Assembly (NCBI GenBank): GCA_008632985.1
Contig: QPGO01000260.1
Span: 1-64,000, forward strand
Direction of reading: 5' to 3'
Length of the DNA stretch: 64,000 nt
Origin: Psammoneis japonica
Taxonomy: Eukaryota
A program made the translations under genes and the position numbers. Within the stretch, counting starts at the first letter, position 1. Each line of letters opens with the position of its first letter. The notes under the pieces are model-generated. The model was not told the origin of the DNA and did not search any database. It saw nothing but the letters and a program-made list of their open reading frames with translations. Positions 1-13,624 of the stretch are shown piece after piece.

Positions 1-468
1 ATAAAAAATTTAAAAACCAATTTGAACATATCAATTTATGATTGTAAGACATGAATATCTGAATAAAAGGTGACCTTCCAAACATACCGTGACTCATCTC
101 GTGAATGAAATAACGGTCATCAAACGGTATTGGCTGCAAATATGTAAAATAGACATATCCATAAATTTAGAAATTGAAATTGAGCCAAATTTTCAAATTC
201 AACGCTTCCACTCGCCGTTGAGTTGCTCACAAAATTTGATCTGGCAAAGTCCGCAATAGGAAAACGAAAGCACCTCGAGAGGACACCAATCGTGCCAAGT
301 CTGCACTCTTGCGTCCCTGTTCGACCAAGACGTCTTTTGATCGTCTTCTCATTTCTTTGCTAGGTGGTTCAATCGAAACCTAAACCCTACTTTAGCCACG
401 AAGCTGTCATAGCAACGAGTACGGCCCAGGGAAGGCAGTCTCGTCCAACCAGAGAAAGAGCCGCACAA

Positions 469-1336
469 ATGAATGATGACTTAGGAACTAAAAGAAAGGA
501 GGATGATCCTGGAACTGAAAGAAATGTCTTCAGATCACCGGATTACTGCTTCCCGGATGTCAACGGATACTTTGGAACAGTTGGCGACGGAACAAATCGG
601 TGGTGCGATATGGGGTGGGCGTCGAAACCAAACCCGGATCTGCGTCTGACGTGGATATCATACTAAAGGGCGTGAAGAAAAGCGTCGAACACTTCCTCAT
701 CACCAACACCTTTCCATCTGTGTGCGGCTTAGGCTCAATCAGGAGATCGGTCACTGGTGCTGGAGGTTTCGCCTTTTCCCCATCCTTACAACAGGAGGAT
801 TTGGATAAAACAGACGGTTAGTGAGAATCCTCGTACCATTGCGTATCATCAATTTTGTATGATGGCTGAGCTTACAGCGATTGTCATTGCGTTGTTCTGC
901 AGTGGAATGCGAAGTCCAAGCCGAGGGAAACTATTGTGGAATCTATTCCGGAGAAGTGCTCGTCTATGGATCCAAAGTTTCAGATATCCTCCCCGTAGTT
1001 GAGAAATCGCTCAAGGTCACAAGCCCCAGGGCAAACGAAATTAATGATAAGCTGGTGCGTGTCTTCTATGTCGACTTGAATAAAGGTAATGGAGAAAACA
1101 CCTACGGCGAAAACAACAACGGAAATGGAGGGGGCGGAGGTGGGGGTGGCGGCCTCTCGGGGGCTGCTATTGCTTCCATTGTGCTTTGTGTGCTTGCCAT
1201 TGTGATCGCACTCGCAGGTCTGATTACATATCGTAGGAAGCGTCGCCTCAATGCTATGAGACCAGATGGAACTATGAAGCCGCCAGAATTCATCGATATC
1301 AGCAACGAAGAGGGCAGTGACCTTGCGTCTTTCTAG
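469..1336 (+). CDS. Hypothetical single-pass membrane protein (one intron, one apparent frameshift)
   Basis: ORF pieces 469-~600, 600-816 and 903-1336. A GT..AG intron at 817-902 joins D-G|V-ECEV in frame. The C-terminus has a Gly-rich linker, a hydrophobic segment (LSGAAIASIVLCVLAIVIALAGLI) and a basic stop-transfer (RRKRR). The start and the frameshift near 600 are uncertain. Confidence 0.6.
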
Positions 1337-1467
1337 CGAGTTTTGTACGTTAGCTCTAGCTACATCGGTAAAAGGGTAAATGTTGTATGACACTAGTAAA
1401 ATTGCTATTTCAATTCAAGTCGCTGATACCAGCATATTCACAACAAACGTTTCGAGAGCTCATGAGA

Positions 1468-3025
1468 TTATAGTTGTTGACCTGCAAGTAGCTCAGCACA
1501 TTCCAATGGCACCACCGGATCCCCATGTTTTGAAGGATAATCGCCTTGCGCCACAACATACGGTGTCTCATTCGGCCTACCTTTTATCCAGGGCTCATTC
1601 TGCGCCTCGCGAATTGTCAGTCGATCCTCTGGCTTGGGCATCGTCAATGATTTGATTAACGAAGCTGCGTCGGAGGGGATGTTTGAACTTTCGCGCACAA
1701 TCCTCTTTGGCTCCTGATGTCGCGTCTTCCTCCCACAACAACCTGTTTCAACCACGGATTCCTGCATTGCTAATTGATAAAGGTATTCAGATATGGTTGA
1801 GTTTGGTGGAACACCAGTCAACACAACCCTTAACGTCCATCCCACAGAGTATGCATCAACGATCATTCCATAGTCAGCCACACATGTAGTCAGCGCTTCG
1901 TTTGATCTCTTCACATCAGCTTCTTCCTTCTCACGGAGATCGTGTCTGATTTCCGGCGCGGCAAAAGCCTTCGTTCCCAGGGCACTCATAGACCGTAACT
2001 TTGTTCGGGTAGATGAGCCTCTGCGACGCCCATGAGTTCCTATCAGAAGTCCACTGGGTCGTCTCTTGGTGGATTTCCCGGTAGTCCCTGAATCAACTGG
2101 CATTATCGTTTCAGTTATACCCGAATATCGTTTCCGAGTAGCTTCTACTTGGTCACCGACGAGAATTTGCTCTCCTTCAACGAATTCTTGCGGCAAGCTG
2201 TCCGTTTGGTTGTTAGATTCCGCAACGAAATGTCTTGAACGCCATCTTCTTCATCTTCACCGGATGATTCAACCAGCTCACCCAATTCAGAAACTGCCTT
2301 GGCGGCATCTACCATCGATTGCCCCTCGTTGACAATTGAATTTTTCAAATGATTTGGATTGTTCAGTATCTCTTTCTTCGTCAATGCCCTGGCAAAGCCA
2401 AAATCAATCAGAAGCAGGTTCCACTTTCCGTTCTTTGTGTTCTTCTCCGCACTCTCACCATCGCTCCACAAATCGTCATCCGCCTCCCAGTAGTAATCAT
2501 CACTCGGTGATAGCTGCCTGTTTTCTATCAGGAGATTAGCCGGCTTAATATCCCGATGAAGTACACCCCTCCCATGCAGATAGCTCACGCTGCAATGAGT
2601 TGTCGAGACACAAGACGCACAAGCGGTAATCCAAGTGCACCTCTTTCTGCCACCAAAGCCTGGAGGTCTGGTCCTCGTGCCAACTGCATGGACACGAGCC
2701 GTGTTTGGTTGGTACTGGATGGAGCTTTGTGAATAGGGAATGCTCGAATGAGGCGAATCACATTCGGATGGTGCAGTTCTGTTAGAATAGAAATCTCACG
2801 CTCCGCAAAGATGAGGCCTTTGCGATCCTTAATCTTGATATTTTTTAACGCTACGAATTCATCGTCGTTCTTGTCAACTGGAGGAGCCCTTCGCTTGGCC
2901 ATCCACACCAAACCAAAGCTGCCACGCCCGATAACTCCGATACGATCATACATGTCTTCTGCTTCATCAGGCCAATCATCTTGAGGGTCTCTGAGAATGT
3001 CAAAAGAATCGTAATCCAATCCCAT
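1468..3025 (-). CDS. Ser/Thr protein kinase, split by two frameshifts (~2588, ~2150-2200)
   Basis: Canonical motifs appear in order across three ORFs: IGRGSFGLV, VALK, HRDIKPAN, DFG, GTKAFAAPE, VDAYSVG, PEDRLT. Confidence 0.9.
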
Positions 3026-3437
3026 TGTGGTGAGAGGCGGAAGAAACTAAAACAAAACTGGGTCTGCCAAAAAATGCCGAGCAGGTTGAAGATTGGAGAT
3101 GGAGCGCTGAAGTTGAAAGGAACCAGTACTTCCTCATTGACTGACAGCGGCGGCGGCTGCTTGGATCTTGGAGATTTAAGTGAAAGATGAATGAGACGTA
3201 GATTTCTACGACGAGCTGGTACTGAAACCTGCATGCCGGTTTTTATCGCCCCCCCACTTTTTGCTTTTTGCGACGCAGCAAACCGCAAGACGAGGCGAAG
3301 ATCGGAAACTATCTAACAACGAGGTCAGTGTGGGATGCAACTGACGGCTGAACTTATTGACGATTGATAAAGCAAAGCCTTCTCTCTCAGTGCTGTTCTC
3401 TCGAAAAAATCCTAAATTCTCGTTGAAAAGTGGGAAA

Positions 3438-3990
3438 ATGATACAAGCTTTCGTAACAAGACGGTGCTTTGCTGTGATTTTCATGGCGTCAGCAGCCTTG
3501 TCATTCACACAGCCAGCTTCCACTCTTAACGGTATCAGTGGGACGGGACGTTGTAGACACTGCAGATTTGAATTTCACTCTGCATCTGAAAGCAATGATT
3601 CGTATACTGGCGATGAGAAGAAAGACATGGAGAAGCTAATTGTGTCTTGTCGCTCGAACCTACCGACGAGAGCCGCAGAACTCGTCTACAAACTGTGTTT
3701 ACGGAAGAACTTGCCAAGCCGAACGGCGCCCCGAAGAAATTTACAGACTTGTTCTCAAGCACCTTGACAATTGTAGGGGACCGAATTCAGCTCCGTGCCG
3801 CTGAGACGCTAAACAAGCAACTGAGCGAGGAGGAACAAGGCTTGGACAAGGACGAGGATGAGCCACGACAGGAAATAGAAAAACGAAGGAAGGGAAGCAG
3901 CTGTGGGCATTGATCGATATGATGGTACAGAGTAAAACCATTGTGCAGCGAAGCACGGGCGAGCTAGGGAGTAAAGGAACATTTCAATGA
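3438..3990 (+). CDS. Hypothetical protein with signal peptide and transit-peptide-like N-terminus (probably plastid-targeted); two frameshifts
   Basis: MIQAFVTRRCFAVIFMASAALS-F resembles the diatom ASAFAP-type cleavage site, followed by an S/T/R-rich segment. It continues in other frames (LSLEPTDESRR..., then KQLWALIDMMVQSKTIV...) to TGA at 3988-3990. Confidence 0.6.
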
Positions 3991-4639
3991 ATACGTGAGC
4001 TCGATAAATTACGGGTTGGATTAGCGCCATGGGGATCTACTGCTAACTTCCTTCTATCTGGTTATAAGTGGTTTACTATGGGTCGTTCAAATATGAATCA
4101 CGCCTGAAAGCCCGTAGGATGAGTGCAGCCACCACTGAAACAAAACATGATCTATGTCTGCTCATGAGAAAACATGGCAGAAACAAGCGATGAATACAGT
4201 TTTACCCTGCTCTCTCTAGAGAGAGTATAGAGAGCATACTAAGTTCTTGTTTTTAGGTAGACTCTACTCTAGTAGAGAGCCGCTGGCAAGGATATATCAT
4301 AAATCATATCTACTCTACAGTTAGTAGAGAGATCCCTCGCTCTACAGTAGCCCTATGTTCTCTACTATATGAATAGAGTTCGCCAAGATCGGGTTATCAG
4401 TCCATTCAAATATTTCTCGCATGGCACGCAACCGCGCGAACGAATGATGATGTCCGTTCGTTGTTCGACAACTTCCCGCCAACCACCCAAGCAACAAGCT
4501 GAAAGCGGCGCCGACGATACCACAGCCGACGACCAAAATACATTGCGAAACCTTGTGTCATTCGGTAACGCACAAAGCGATCCATTGCATCGCATGCTCT
4601 TTTCATTGTACATCTCATTTTGAAAGTGCTGGGAACAAT

Positions 4640-6210
4640 ATGGGCGGAAAGGCAAAGCGCGGTAAACATTCTCGTGTGGTCAAAGTGACATCGTCATCCC
4701 CCGCCGATTCGTACGCTGCAGACCATTCAGACGAGCCCTCTGAAGGTGAAGACAACTACTCGGAGAACGAGCCTTCTGTTTCTGAAAATAGCACTCAAGA
4801 ATCAGAAATTGAGAGCGAAGACAATTCTCCGCAAATGACCACCGATCGAACTCCATCCAAAACTCGCAGCAGTTCTTCGTCAGAAGCATGCACCTTTGAC
4901 TTGCGAAACCTCGTCGCCATCAATTCTCACCAGGTCAGCTCTGCCTCTCTTTATCCAAACAAGAGACCGACTTCCCTGACTAACGAAAGTACCATCACCA
5001 TCCCTTCTGAAAATCTCGGTGTTAACGTGAATGAAGATTGTCTCCTCGAGAAGGCACGTGAAGGCTGTACCCAGCTTCTCAGTGCTTTGTGGGATTTGCC
5101 TACTGAGCGTAGTGATGCTGGACCAATGGTCACGTTGCCAGATTATTCTGAGATAAAGATTCCAAGGGCTTTGGTAGGTTCCTCGATATTTCTTCATCAT
5201 GTGGATGACGGCTCGTTCTCACGCCTTTTCTCACTCATGCCCACGTGATGCGCGTCTCGACAGCCCCCGCCACCCCCAAAGAAAGAAACGAAATGGGAAA
5301 AGTTTGCCAAAGAGCGTGGAATCGCAGTCAACAAGGAGAAGAGATCTCGTAAGGTATGGGACGAGGCGACTGGATCGTGGATGTACCGTCATGGATACCA
5401 AAAGGCAAACAACGACGCACAAAATTGGCCAATCATGGAGGTTAAGGGTAACGATGACCCGTATGCTGATCCATGGGAGAAGATGAGAGATGAAAAGCGA
5501 TCTCGGGTGGAGAAAAACATGGAAAGCCGTATGCGTAATCAAGAGAGAGCTGGTCTTTTGACCAAAGGCACCGCCACTAGGGTCGCCAAGAATCGTGAAA
5601 AGATTAGAAACGCTGGAAAGACCGGAGGAAACGCAGATAGGGACGGCAAAGTACCGATTGGCGTACCCGTTGACCTACAGAGCAGGAAAGGATCCGAAAA
5701 AATTACTTCGCTACAAAGAGGGAAGGAGTCGACCAGGCGGCGCTCCTCGCGACACAGCGGTCAACTGCTTCACTTGGAAGGTTTGACAAGATGCGAGAAG
5801 GCGAGCCAGAGCGGAGGAAAGCGTTAGAAGGCCTCAGAAAGAGGAAGTTTGCGACTGCAACCGACAGAAACGTGGCATCAAGTGAAACCGAGAAAGGCAT
5901 GAAACTGTTGAACTCCGTGGTGAATGGTGGCGGTGTTGCGAGAGAGAAAGCCAAGCGCAACGGAAGTCTCGCCACGGGAGAAACGGCTTACGACTACGAC
6001 TTTGACGATGGCCTTGGTGCTGGAAGCTTCAAGAAGAAAAAGGTATGTGCCGTAGTCAATAGCTCTATGGAGTGGATGATGCAGTTGCGCCAACGCCTCG
6101 TACTTTTTTGGGATCTCTCTCATCGTAATTCGTTCATTTACTCATGTTTGTCAAAGGGGCGGGCTGCTGCCGGGAAAATAAAAAAGATTACCAAGAAACG
6201 TAGAAAATGA
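4640..6210 (+). CDS. RRS1: Ribosome biogenesis regulatory protein RRS1 homolog
   Basis: Motifs FDLRNL, IPRAL|PPPPPKKETKWEKFAKERGI, KVWDEATGSW..RHGY and STASLGRFD. GT..AG introns at 5174-5263 and 6043-6156. One frameshift near 5740. Confidence 0.9.
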
Positions 6211-6643
6211 AATAGAAGAGGGAGCGAAAAAGAGATTTTAGAGGATCTCTTGGCATGTCGATGCGTGGTAGCTCTACAGCGCTCGGCAGTCGTGAATATC
6301 TAATACCCCCTCTTCGGTCGCTTTTCGTCGCAACTAGTCCCTACAACTCAACTCAACTCTCACTAGTCACCATACGCATGATTCCAATCCTTGCTGTTCG
6401 TTGTTATGGAGATGCCGATCAATGCTACTCCGTCAACGATCTCGCTCGCCTTAGCGTCCTCGCGTCGTTCTCGTATTGATCGACATCCAACGTTGAATTG
6501 CGTTAACGCTAAGCGAACGCTGATGGTGTATAACGTACAAAAACACTAGTGTGTGTCCTTATCATAATCGACAACAAGCCTCGTCCCATACTGTGCTTTT
6601 AAAATGCCGTCAATATAAAATAGAGCGCTAATCCATTAGTTCT

Positions 6644-7244
6644 ATAACTCTTGGTGCTCAAACGTCGCTTCCACAGTGGTCCTTGGGTTCTCAGAGCAAA
6701 GCGTCGAGATCACAGGCTCAGTCGAGATCGCCCAGTCGGCAATTCAGAGTTCTTCACAAAGCTTCTTCTCGAATGCAGCAACACGATCGAGCAATTCAGA
6801 TTTCTTGTTTTCCAAGGAGTCAAGCTTATTCTCGAGTGCAGCAACACGCAATTCAGAGAAGTCAACACGATCGAGCAATTCAGAGTTCTTTTTTCTCCGA
6901 GGAGTCAAGGAGTTTCTGAAGTGCAATGATTTTCGCATTGCGCTCAGACAACAGCTTGGGGTATTCCATGTCGCCGATGCTTTCTACGTCGGCCTCGCTG
7001 ATATCCGCTTGTAAAAGGGCTTCCTTGAACCCATCCTTTGTGGGCTTGAAGGTCTTCGCCAAGAAGGAGCAAAGCTGGTCAACGGCTTTTTCGGCTTTTT
7101 GCCACCGAGTCGCTGGGCCGTACGGTACCACAGGAGAGGCTTGTGGCAAATTTGTGTCACAGCAACCACCAACTCGTCTTCGAGCATTTCAAATTGATTG
7201 AACAATTGAAGTGAGTAGACAACATCACGGTACTCATTACTCAT
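6644..7244 (-). CDS. Hypothetical coiled-coil protein, frameshifted
   Basis: MSNEYRD... continues through ORFs 6880-7149 and 6744-6938, with repeated (K/N)SELLDRV heptad-like units. Boundaries are approximate. Confidence 0.4.
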
Positions 7245-8199
7245 GCTTGAAGACGAATGACAACAAAAGTGGGTCTGTGTCGTCAGTAGCGAGCTTGGTT
7301 TCGAGAGACAAAACAAGAGGGTCTGTGTCGTCCGTGGCAACCTTGGTGTCGACAACAACAGTGGCGTAGCCAGTGGTGAAAACAAGAAGCCATAAGTCTG
7401 TGACGGAGGAGGTCCGTCTACCAACTCTCATTTATTTTATGTTTGTGTTATGTGTATCAAAGATTGTAAACACATGAAAAGTTGGTGGACGGCACGCCTC
7501 CTGTACGTTTTTGAGAAATATCGATGATTATCATCATCGTCGTGCGTGCTTCGATCGCGGTGCTGATGGTTCTCGTTTTCGTGCGGGGCGATCGGGTGTG
7601 ACTATGAATAATTTTTGTATTCAAAAATTGAAAATAAACACTATAAAAAACCTTATTCAAATGCAACGGTAATTCTAGGATAAACGCGGGGATGACCCCC
7701 CTGAAAAATACACTGGATGTGTGCTCTGAGCTTTTTCGATTGGATCAGCGAGGCCTTACCAATGTACGAGTACATTGGTATCAAGACCACACCAGGACAA
7801 GCTTCTGATCTATGGATAGAGTACAGGAGAACCGAGCGGCAATTCAAGGGTCGACTACTTAGGACGGAGTACGGTACGAATCAAAGAGTAGCAGCAGGCA
7901 ACACAACGAAAGACAAAGGTCCAGTAAAAAATGAAGCTCTACGTTAATATCCCCTACACATCAGTCAGTACAGAAATATTGTAGAGTGTTCTCTCTCTAG
8001 CAACTTTTGCCTATGCAAAGCAGGAACCAGGTAGCGCCGCGGGCTGCATTGGAAACAGAGAGTAAGAGGGCAAGATTGAGAGGATGCGACATTCGAAACA
8101 AAGCATCCACAAGTGTAGTTCCAACTTACGAGACAAGAGAACATGGCTACCCACAACCCCATAAAGGGGCGAAACCTACACCGTTTCTAGGTGGTTACC

Positions 8200-11100
8200 T
8201 CCACCGTCTAGGTGCCTCGGAACAACGAGACTTGACTTTTTTGGGGGCGCTTGGTTGTTCCAACCCCCTCCTCTCCATGAACTTTCTTCACCTCCCACTT
8301 GGAATCTCCCCAACTACGGAGGACCTTGAATACTCCTTCCTCAGAACTCAATTTGACGAGGGAGTCTTTACCAATTGCGTCCTCGCCGCCAGCCAACCCA
8401 GGCTCGGCAGGAGGTGCTGCATCGTCAGGACGTGGTGCAGCGTCAGCAGGAGGCGCTGCATCGTCACGACGTGCTGCAGCGTCAAGAGGTGCTGCATTGG
8501 CGATCGCCGGTAAAAAGACAAATCCGCGATGGTCGATCACCACATCTCCATTTTCATTGCCAGCTGGTTGACCTGCCGGGTCCTGTACAAGAGCAGTTTC
8601 AACCAGCAAAAGAGTTAGAATATTGATACAAGGAGACCAGGTTTCGGTATAGAATCATCCCATGGCCAGCAACATACCTCTTGGAACTGCGGTGCTCCTT
8701 CGCCTTCAGCAGCAATCACATTATCCCCAGCTGCTTGAGGCGCTGGCTCCTGTGCAAGAGCAGTTTCAACCAGCAAAAGAGTTAGAATATTGATACAAAG
8801 GTAGCAGGTTTCGGTACAGAATCATCCCATGACAAGCAACGTACCTCTTGGGCCTGCGGTGCTCCTTCGCCTTCCACAGCAATCGCATTACCCCCAGCTG
8901 CTTGACCAGCCCGGTCCTGTGCAAGAGCAGTTTCAAACAGCAAAAGAGTTAGAGTATTGAAACAAGGAGAGTTCGGTATAGAATCATTCCATGGCAAGCA
9001 ACCTACCTCTTGGACCGGCGGTGCTTCTTCACTTTCGGCAACCAAAGAGTTGTTGCAGGCTCTGCATTTCCCCCTCGCCTCTGCCTTGTCTCCAAACCGC
9101 GCCTTATATTGTTCCTCCGTGTACACCACAGAACAATGGGGGCATTGGTGCGTGAACTCCGAGAAACAATTACCCCAATTGCTGACAACGGGGCGAGCAA
9201 TGGGGGGATGAACGGGGGGAGCCTGCAGTAGCAAGAACCAGAACGATGAGTGGCCTGGATTATACAACGTAAAGATAGTAGCATCACCAATCCAACGACA
9301 GACGTACCTGCTGGGGCTGGAGCTCCGCGGGGGGTTGAAGCTCGGGCGGGGGCCTCAACATGCGTCTGCACCCCAAGATCTCGAACATTTTTCTCTGTGT
9401 AGTGAAAAGGAGAAAGGTGAGGTGGCACGTATTACAAGCAGGGCAGGGCAGGGCAGGGCAGTTACAGCAGTCGCAACAACAAATGACGATACACTCACCT
9501 CCGTTGTAAGGGTCTCCCACCTCCCCCATGGCAGTCGTACCAGCTGGAGCGCCAACTTGCGCTTTTTGGCCTCTTTGACTAGATCGCCCATAACCTTGCA
9601 CCACGCCACGTGATGGTCGATTTCAACCCTAGTCATCTGTGTAGTAAAAAAGAGTAGGGTGAGGTGGCACGTTGTTGTTAAAGGGCAGGGCACAGCAGTT
9701 ACAGCAGCCACAACAACAAATAATGATACTCACTTCCACATTAAGTGTGACCTTCCCCAAGAAGGCCACCCGAGCAAATGTTAGCAAAAGCGACCCTCCC
9801 TCGCTTTGTCCATGAGCTGGAGCAGCAGACCAATGTGCTCCTCAGATTTTACGTTGATATCCTTGAGAGTCAAGGATACGAGCCGACCAATGTCGACGGC
9901 CATACATAGGTTCTCGAGAACTTGCCGAATGTTCTTGGCTTCTATCTTTTCTGCCCGTTCTTCCGAAATTTCACGACCTTCCGGCCGGGGTTTGCTCGGC
10001 CAATTTTGAGCAATAATTAAGGTAAGGGCTGCATCTTCCACCTCTAGGCTCTCGTCACAGAGCAAAATATGACCATTGTCCGGAAGGTGACACCTGGTCA
10101 ACTGCACGGCCGCTCTTGCTTGGGCCAGTAGCGGCTCAAATTCAAAAGAGCCACGAGAACATGGCGACCAATCCTCAAAACCAACCGTCATCTTTGACGA
10201 ATTCAGCAATTGAATGAGAAGGAGCTTGGGAGGGTCATCTTCATTGACCACAAATTGCACCAGATCCAATGGGGACTCCGCTTGCAATAGGGCCGTCAGG
10301 ACCATCGACACAGCACGGAAGACATTGGCGGTGGCACGAACATCATATGTTGCGACACCAAACTGAGCCAATTGAGGCAATTGTCCCTTGTCGGCGTCAT
10401 TCTTACGGCCGAAGTTGAGGTACTGCGTCTTCCGCCCAAATGGTCGAGCTAGGGCATCCAATTGCATCTCACGAGAGTACTTGTCCTCCTCCTGGTCCGT
10501 CCTCCTGGTCCGTATCCTCCTCCTCGTCCGGATCCTCCTCCTCGTCCCACAGTGTAGGTGGCTCCTCCCCCAAATCATTTCCAAGAACAAAAAATGCTGT
10601 TGTCCCGTCCTCCAGGGTTTGCCCACACAGCTCTTGGTCGCTCTGTTCTTTTTCTGGGTGTCTGTCGATTTCGCGTCGGATCTTGCCGATGATGTATTCC
10701 ATGTCCTTCGCAAAATCGACCTTTATCGCAACCGGCAAGTCTGGAAGGTTGGAGCCTCCATCCAGTCGCTTGAGAGTGTTCTTCTGGAGAACGTCCACGA
10801 TTTCGCCATTCTGGAGGGCTTGGCGTACCTGCTCCATAAACTCCTCAAAAAGTTTTCGATAAAAATCTGGATCTTCCCGTGGCTGCGCAAGGAGAGAAGA
10901 AGAAGGAGAGTTAGCAAGACACCTCTAGTAGAATCATCGGCATGCATGCATGCATTCATTCATCCATCAAACTTACATCGTCAAACAACCTCGCTTGTGG
11001 GAGATCTGCCGTTCCGTCCGTAGATGCTTTTGGCCGAGGACGCCGAGCAGGCGTGACAGCCGTCGCGATTTGATTCATTGTTTCGTTTCCCCGTCGAGAT

Positions 11101-12909
11101 TCGGACAGGAGTGTATCATCTCGCTGTCGAGATTCCGCAAACCCCTCCCTAACTGTCGTACCCAACGATTGCAGTTCCTGGCGATTGGATTGCCGGTCCT
11201 GACGAGCCGCTTCCTCTGCCGCTTCCCGATCCTGACGAGCTCGAGCCTCTGCCGCTTCCCGCTCCGCGGCTTGTTGTTGCCGCTCCGCAGCCTGGGCTCT
11301 CTGCGCCTCGGCTCGCTCCTGACGAGCTGCCTCCTCTCGTTGTCGTCGCTCGGCGGCTTCCCCTTGCCGTTCCAGACGAGCCCCGTCCGCTTCGTGCTGT
11401 CCGAGCCGCAGCCGCTCCAATTCTAGCTCGTGATTCCGCTGGGCTTGCTGCGCCTGAAACTCGGCGTGCCGCTGGGCTTGCTGCTCCTGGAACTGAAGTT
11501 GCTGCTGCTGGAACTGGAATTGCTGTGCCCGTAGATATTGCTCGTTCACAAGGTATCCCATTCCACCTCCGCCAAACGGTGGAGCAACCATCCCAGCCAC
11601 AGGTCCAGTCGTGATAATCATGTTGGATGCAGTTGCGGTAGTGTTTCCCTGGCTCTCTACCTCCAGCAGCTCAACATCGTCATCGGGTTCTGGTGGTGTG
11701 AGCGAGAAAGGCGGGAGCAAGAAAGGTGTGAGCAAACTGAAATCAATCAATCAATCAATCAATAAACAAAACAATACAGAAGGTCTTACCTGCCGTCAAG
11801 AACTCCTTCACGGCATCGTCTTCCTACAACTCCGCAATCTCGTCGGCATTCAGAATCTTGCTACTACCAACAGCAACCCAAGCCTTCTCCAATTCTCCAG
11901 CAAATCCATTGCGCATGTATCGATGATCTTTGGCAAAATTCATCAGTCCATGACGGGAGAGGCGCGTTCCAGCACTGTATGTGCTGTACCGGTAAGCCTG
12001 CACGATAGTTTTGGCCTGCTTCCGCTGTTGATCGGTGGGTACTATTTGTGTCATCTCGGACTTGTTTAGGAAATCCCATCATGGACGACATAGCTGCGGA
12101 ACACATCCCTGTGACTAGGAAGCTTCAGGGGTTTCACTTTCGCCAAGTACGCATCACGAGCGGCATCGCTTTTCTCCTTGGCTTCCCCTTGGGCGTTCGG
12201 ATTGTAGTCCCTGAGCAAAGCTGCCATTGCGGCACATTGTTTAGTGTTGTAGTTGCCGCAGCGGCTTGTTGGATTGGCTGGTGGCTCACTATGTTCAGCA
12301 GTGGTAGGACCAGCAGAAGAAGCCGATGGTCAAGAAGCCGATGGTCGAGTAGAACGGCGCCAAGTAAGATCCGGAGCATCACTTGCCGAGGCAGTGGCAG
12401 CCGAGGAGAAGGCATCGCCTTGGGCAGCGGAACCAGGAGTGGCGACATGGTCAACCACATTGGAGAGATCTTGCGAGATGCTTCCTCCAAAGGACGTCGG
12501 AGGTTCTTGGTCCACAGGATTGTTGTGATAGCTCATGGCGGGACGGTCGCGTGGAGGATCGCCTGTCGTCTCCGGAGGTCGTGTCGTCTCCGGAAGTCGA
12601 GTCTGCGGAGGCCCATTCTCCGTCTGCGAAGGTCCAGCCTGCGAAGGTCCAGTCTGGTGGGGAGGCTGATGGTTTGTCACCATCTTCTGAGGATGTTGAT
12701 TGGGTCGGCCTTGCTGCGAAGGTCCAGTCTGCTGTGGATGTTGATGTTTTGTCTCCGTCTCCGGAGGAGGTCCATCCCCCATCTGCCGAGGCGGAGCTCC
12801 ATCATGAGTCTTCATGCTGAAGGCTTTCAGATAGATCAGGTAGGTTGATAGTGTTTCACTGTGCTTGCTGCAATGTCTTCACTGTCGCTTCATGCGATTG
12901 TGAGCTCAT
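8200..12909 (-). CDS. Large intron-rich hypothetical gene or genes: low-complexity, Q/E/R coiled coil, CxxC..CxxC zinc ribbon
   Basis: Chain of minus-strand ORFs linked by GT..AG introns at about 11690-11789, 10887-10976, 9637-9733, 9395-9498, 9223-9307, 8917-9006, 8750-8844 and 8583-8677. CPHC...CRAC motif near 9060-9150. The 3' end is unresolved and there are several frameshifts. Confidence 0.45.
8583..9030 (-). repeat. Three tandem ~167-bp intron+exon units
   Basis: cctgt(a/g)caagagcagtttcaa(c/a)cagcaaaagagttag recurs at 8582, 8749 and 8916. Introns are 90-95 nt and exons 72 nt. Confidence 0.85.
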
Positions 12910-13624
12910 GGCTGTTTCGAAGCTTACAGAAGCTGACAGAAGCGCCTTCCGACCCCGTAGATTTCTACGTCAAGTACCAGAGACAGCTATATAAATATCC
13001 AAAATGGATATGTCATTGGTTGATGACGTAGCCCCGACTTGAAATAGGCGTCTGTTCTCTTTCTCATATCTTTTGGGCCGCGCGCCGCGCCGCCCGGCGA
13101 CGCGAGCGAGCGCTAGTAAGTAAGTAGCGATTAGCGATGCGAGCAACGGACGCGATGATCACAAAAAGATGAGGCATGAGGCAGCAACCAACATCCAGCA
13201 ACATAAAACGCAGCAACAAGAAATTGCAGCGATCTCTTTTGGATCGACGATGTGAAGCTTCCTCCCTTGAGACGTTATAGACTCAAATTCCTGTCGGTAT
13301 AGAAGGCCACAATCACAAATGGGTCAAGCTTCACAAGCATGACGCAGTTGTGGTTCATTCGAGGACGAAGAGAGGAAGCTTGGCTCACATCACGTGGGTG
13401 CGAGTACTTCTCCCCACAAAGGCGTTCATGACAAGGAAGGTGTCACCCCTTCCGCATCCAAAGCTTTTATTGGACCCTTTTTCAGCAGTGCAATTGACCG
13501 CATGGGAAGTAACCAATGTCAACCACCCTTGTGCAAATGATCATACCAGTAAAGAATGCTGCGCGTTGGAGAGAAAGAGAGCGCGAATAACAAATGGAGT
13601 GAACAAAGACGATTGTTTATAAGT

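Noticed and set aside
469..6210. Frameshifts in four consecutive host genes as pseudogenisation or programmed frameshifting
   Set aside because: All look like single-base losses in otherwise intact genes, including the normally essential RRS1. Uncorrected sequencing indels are the simpler explanation; short-read polishing would settle it.
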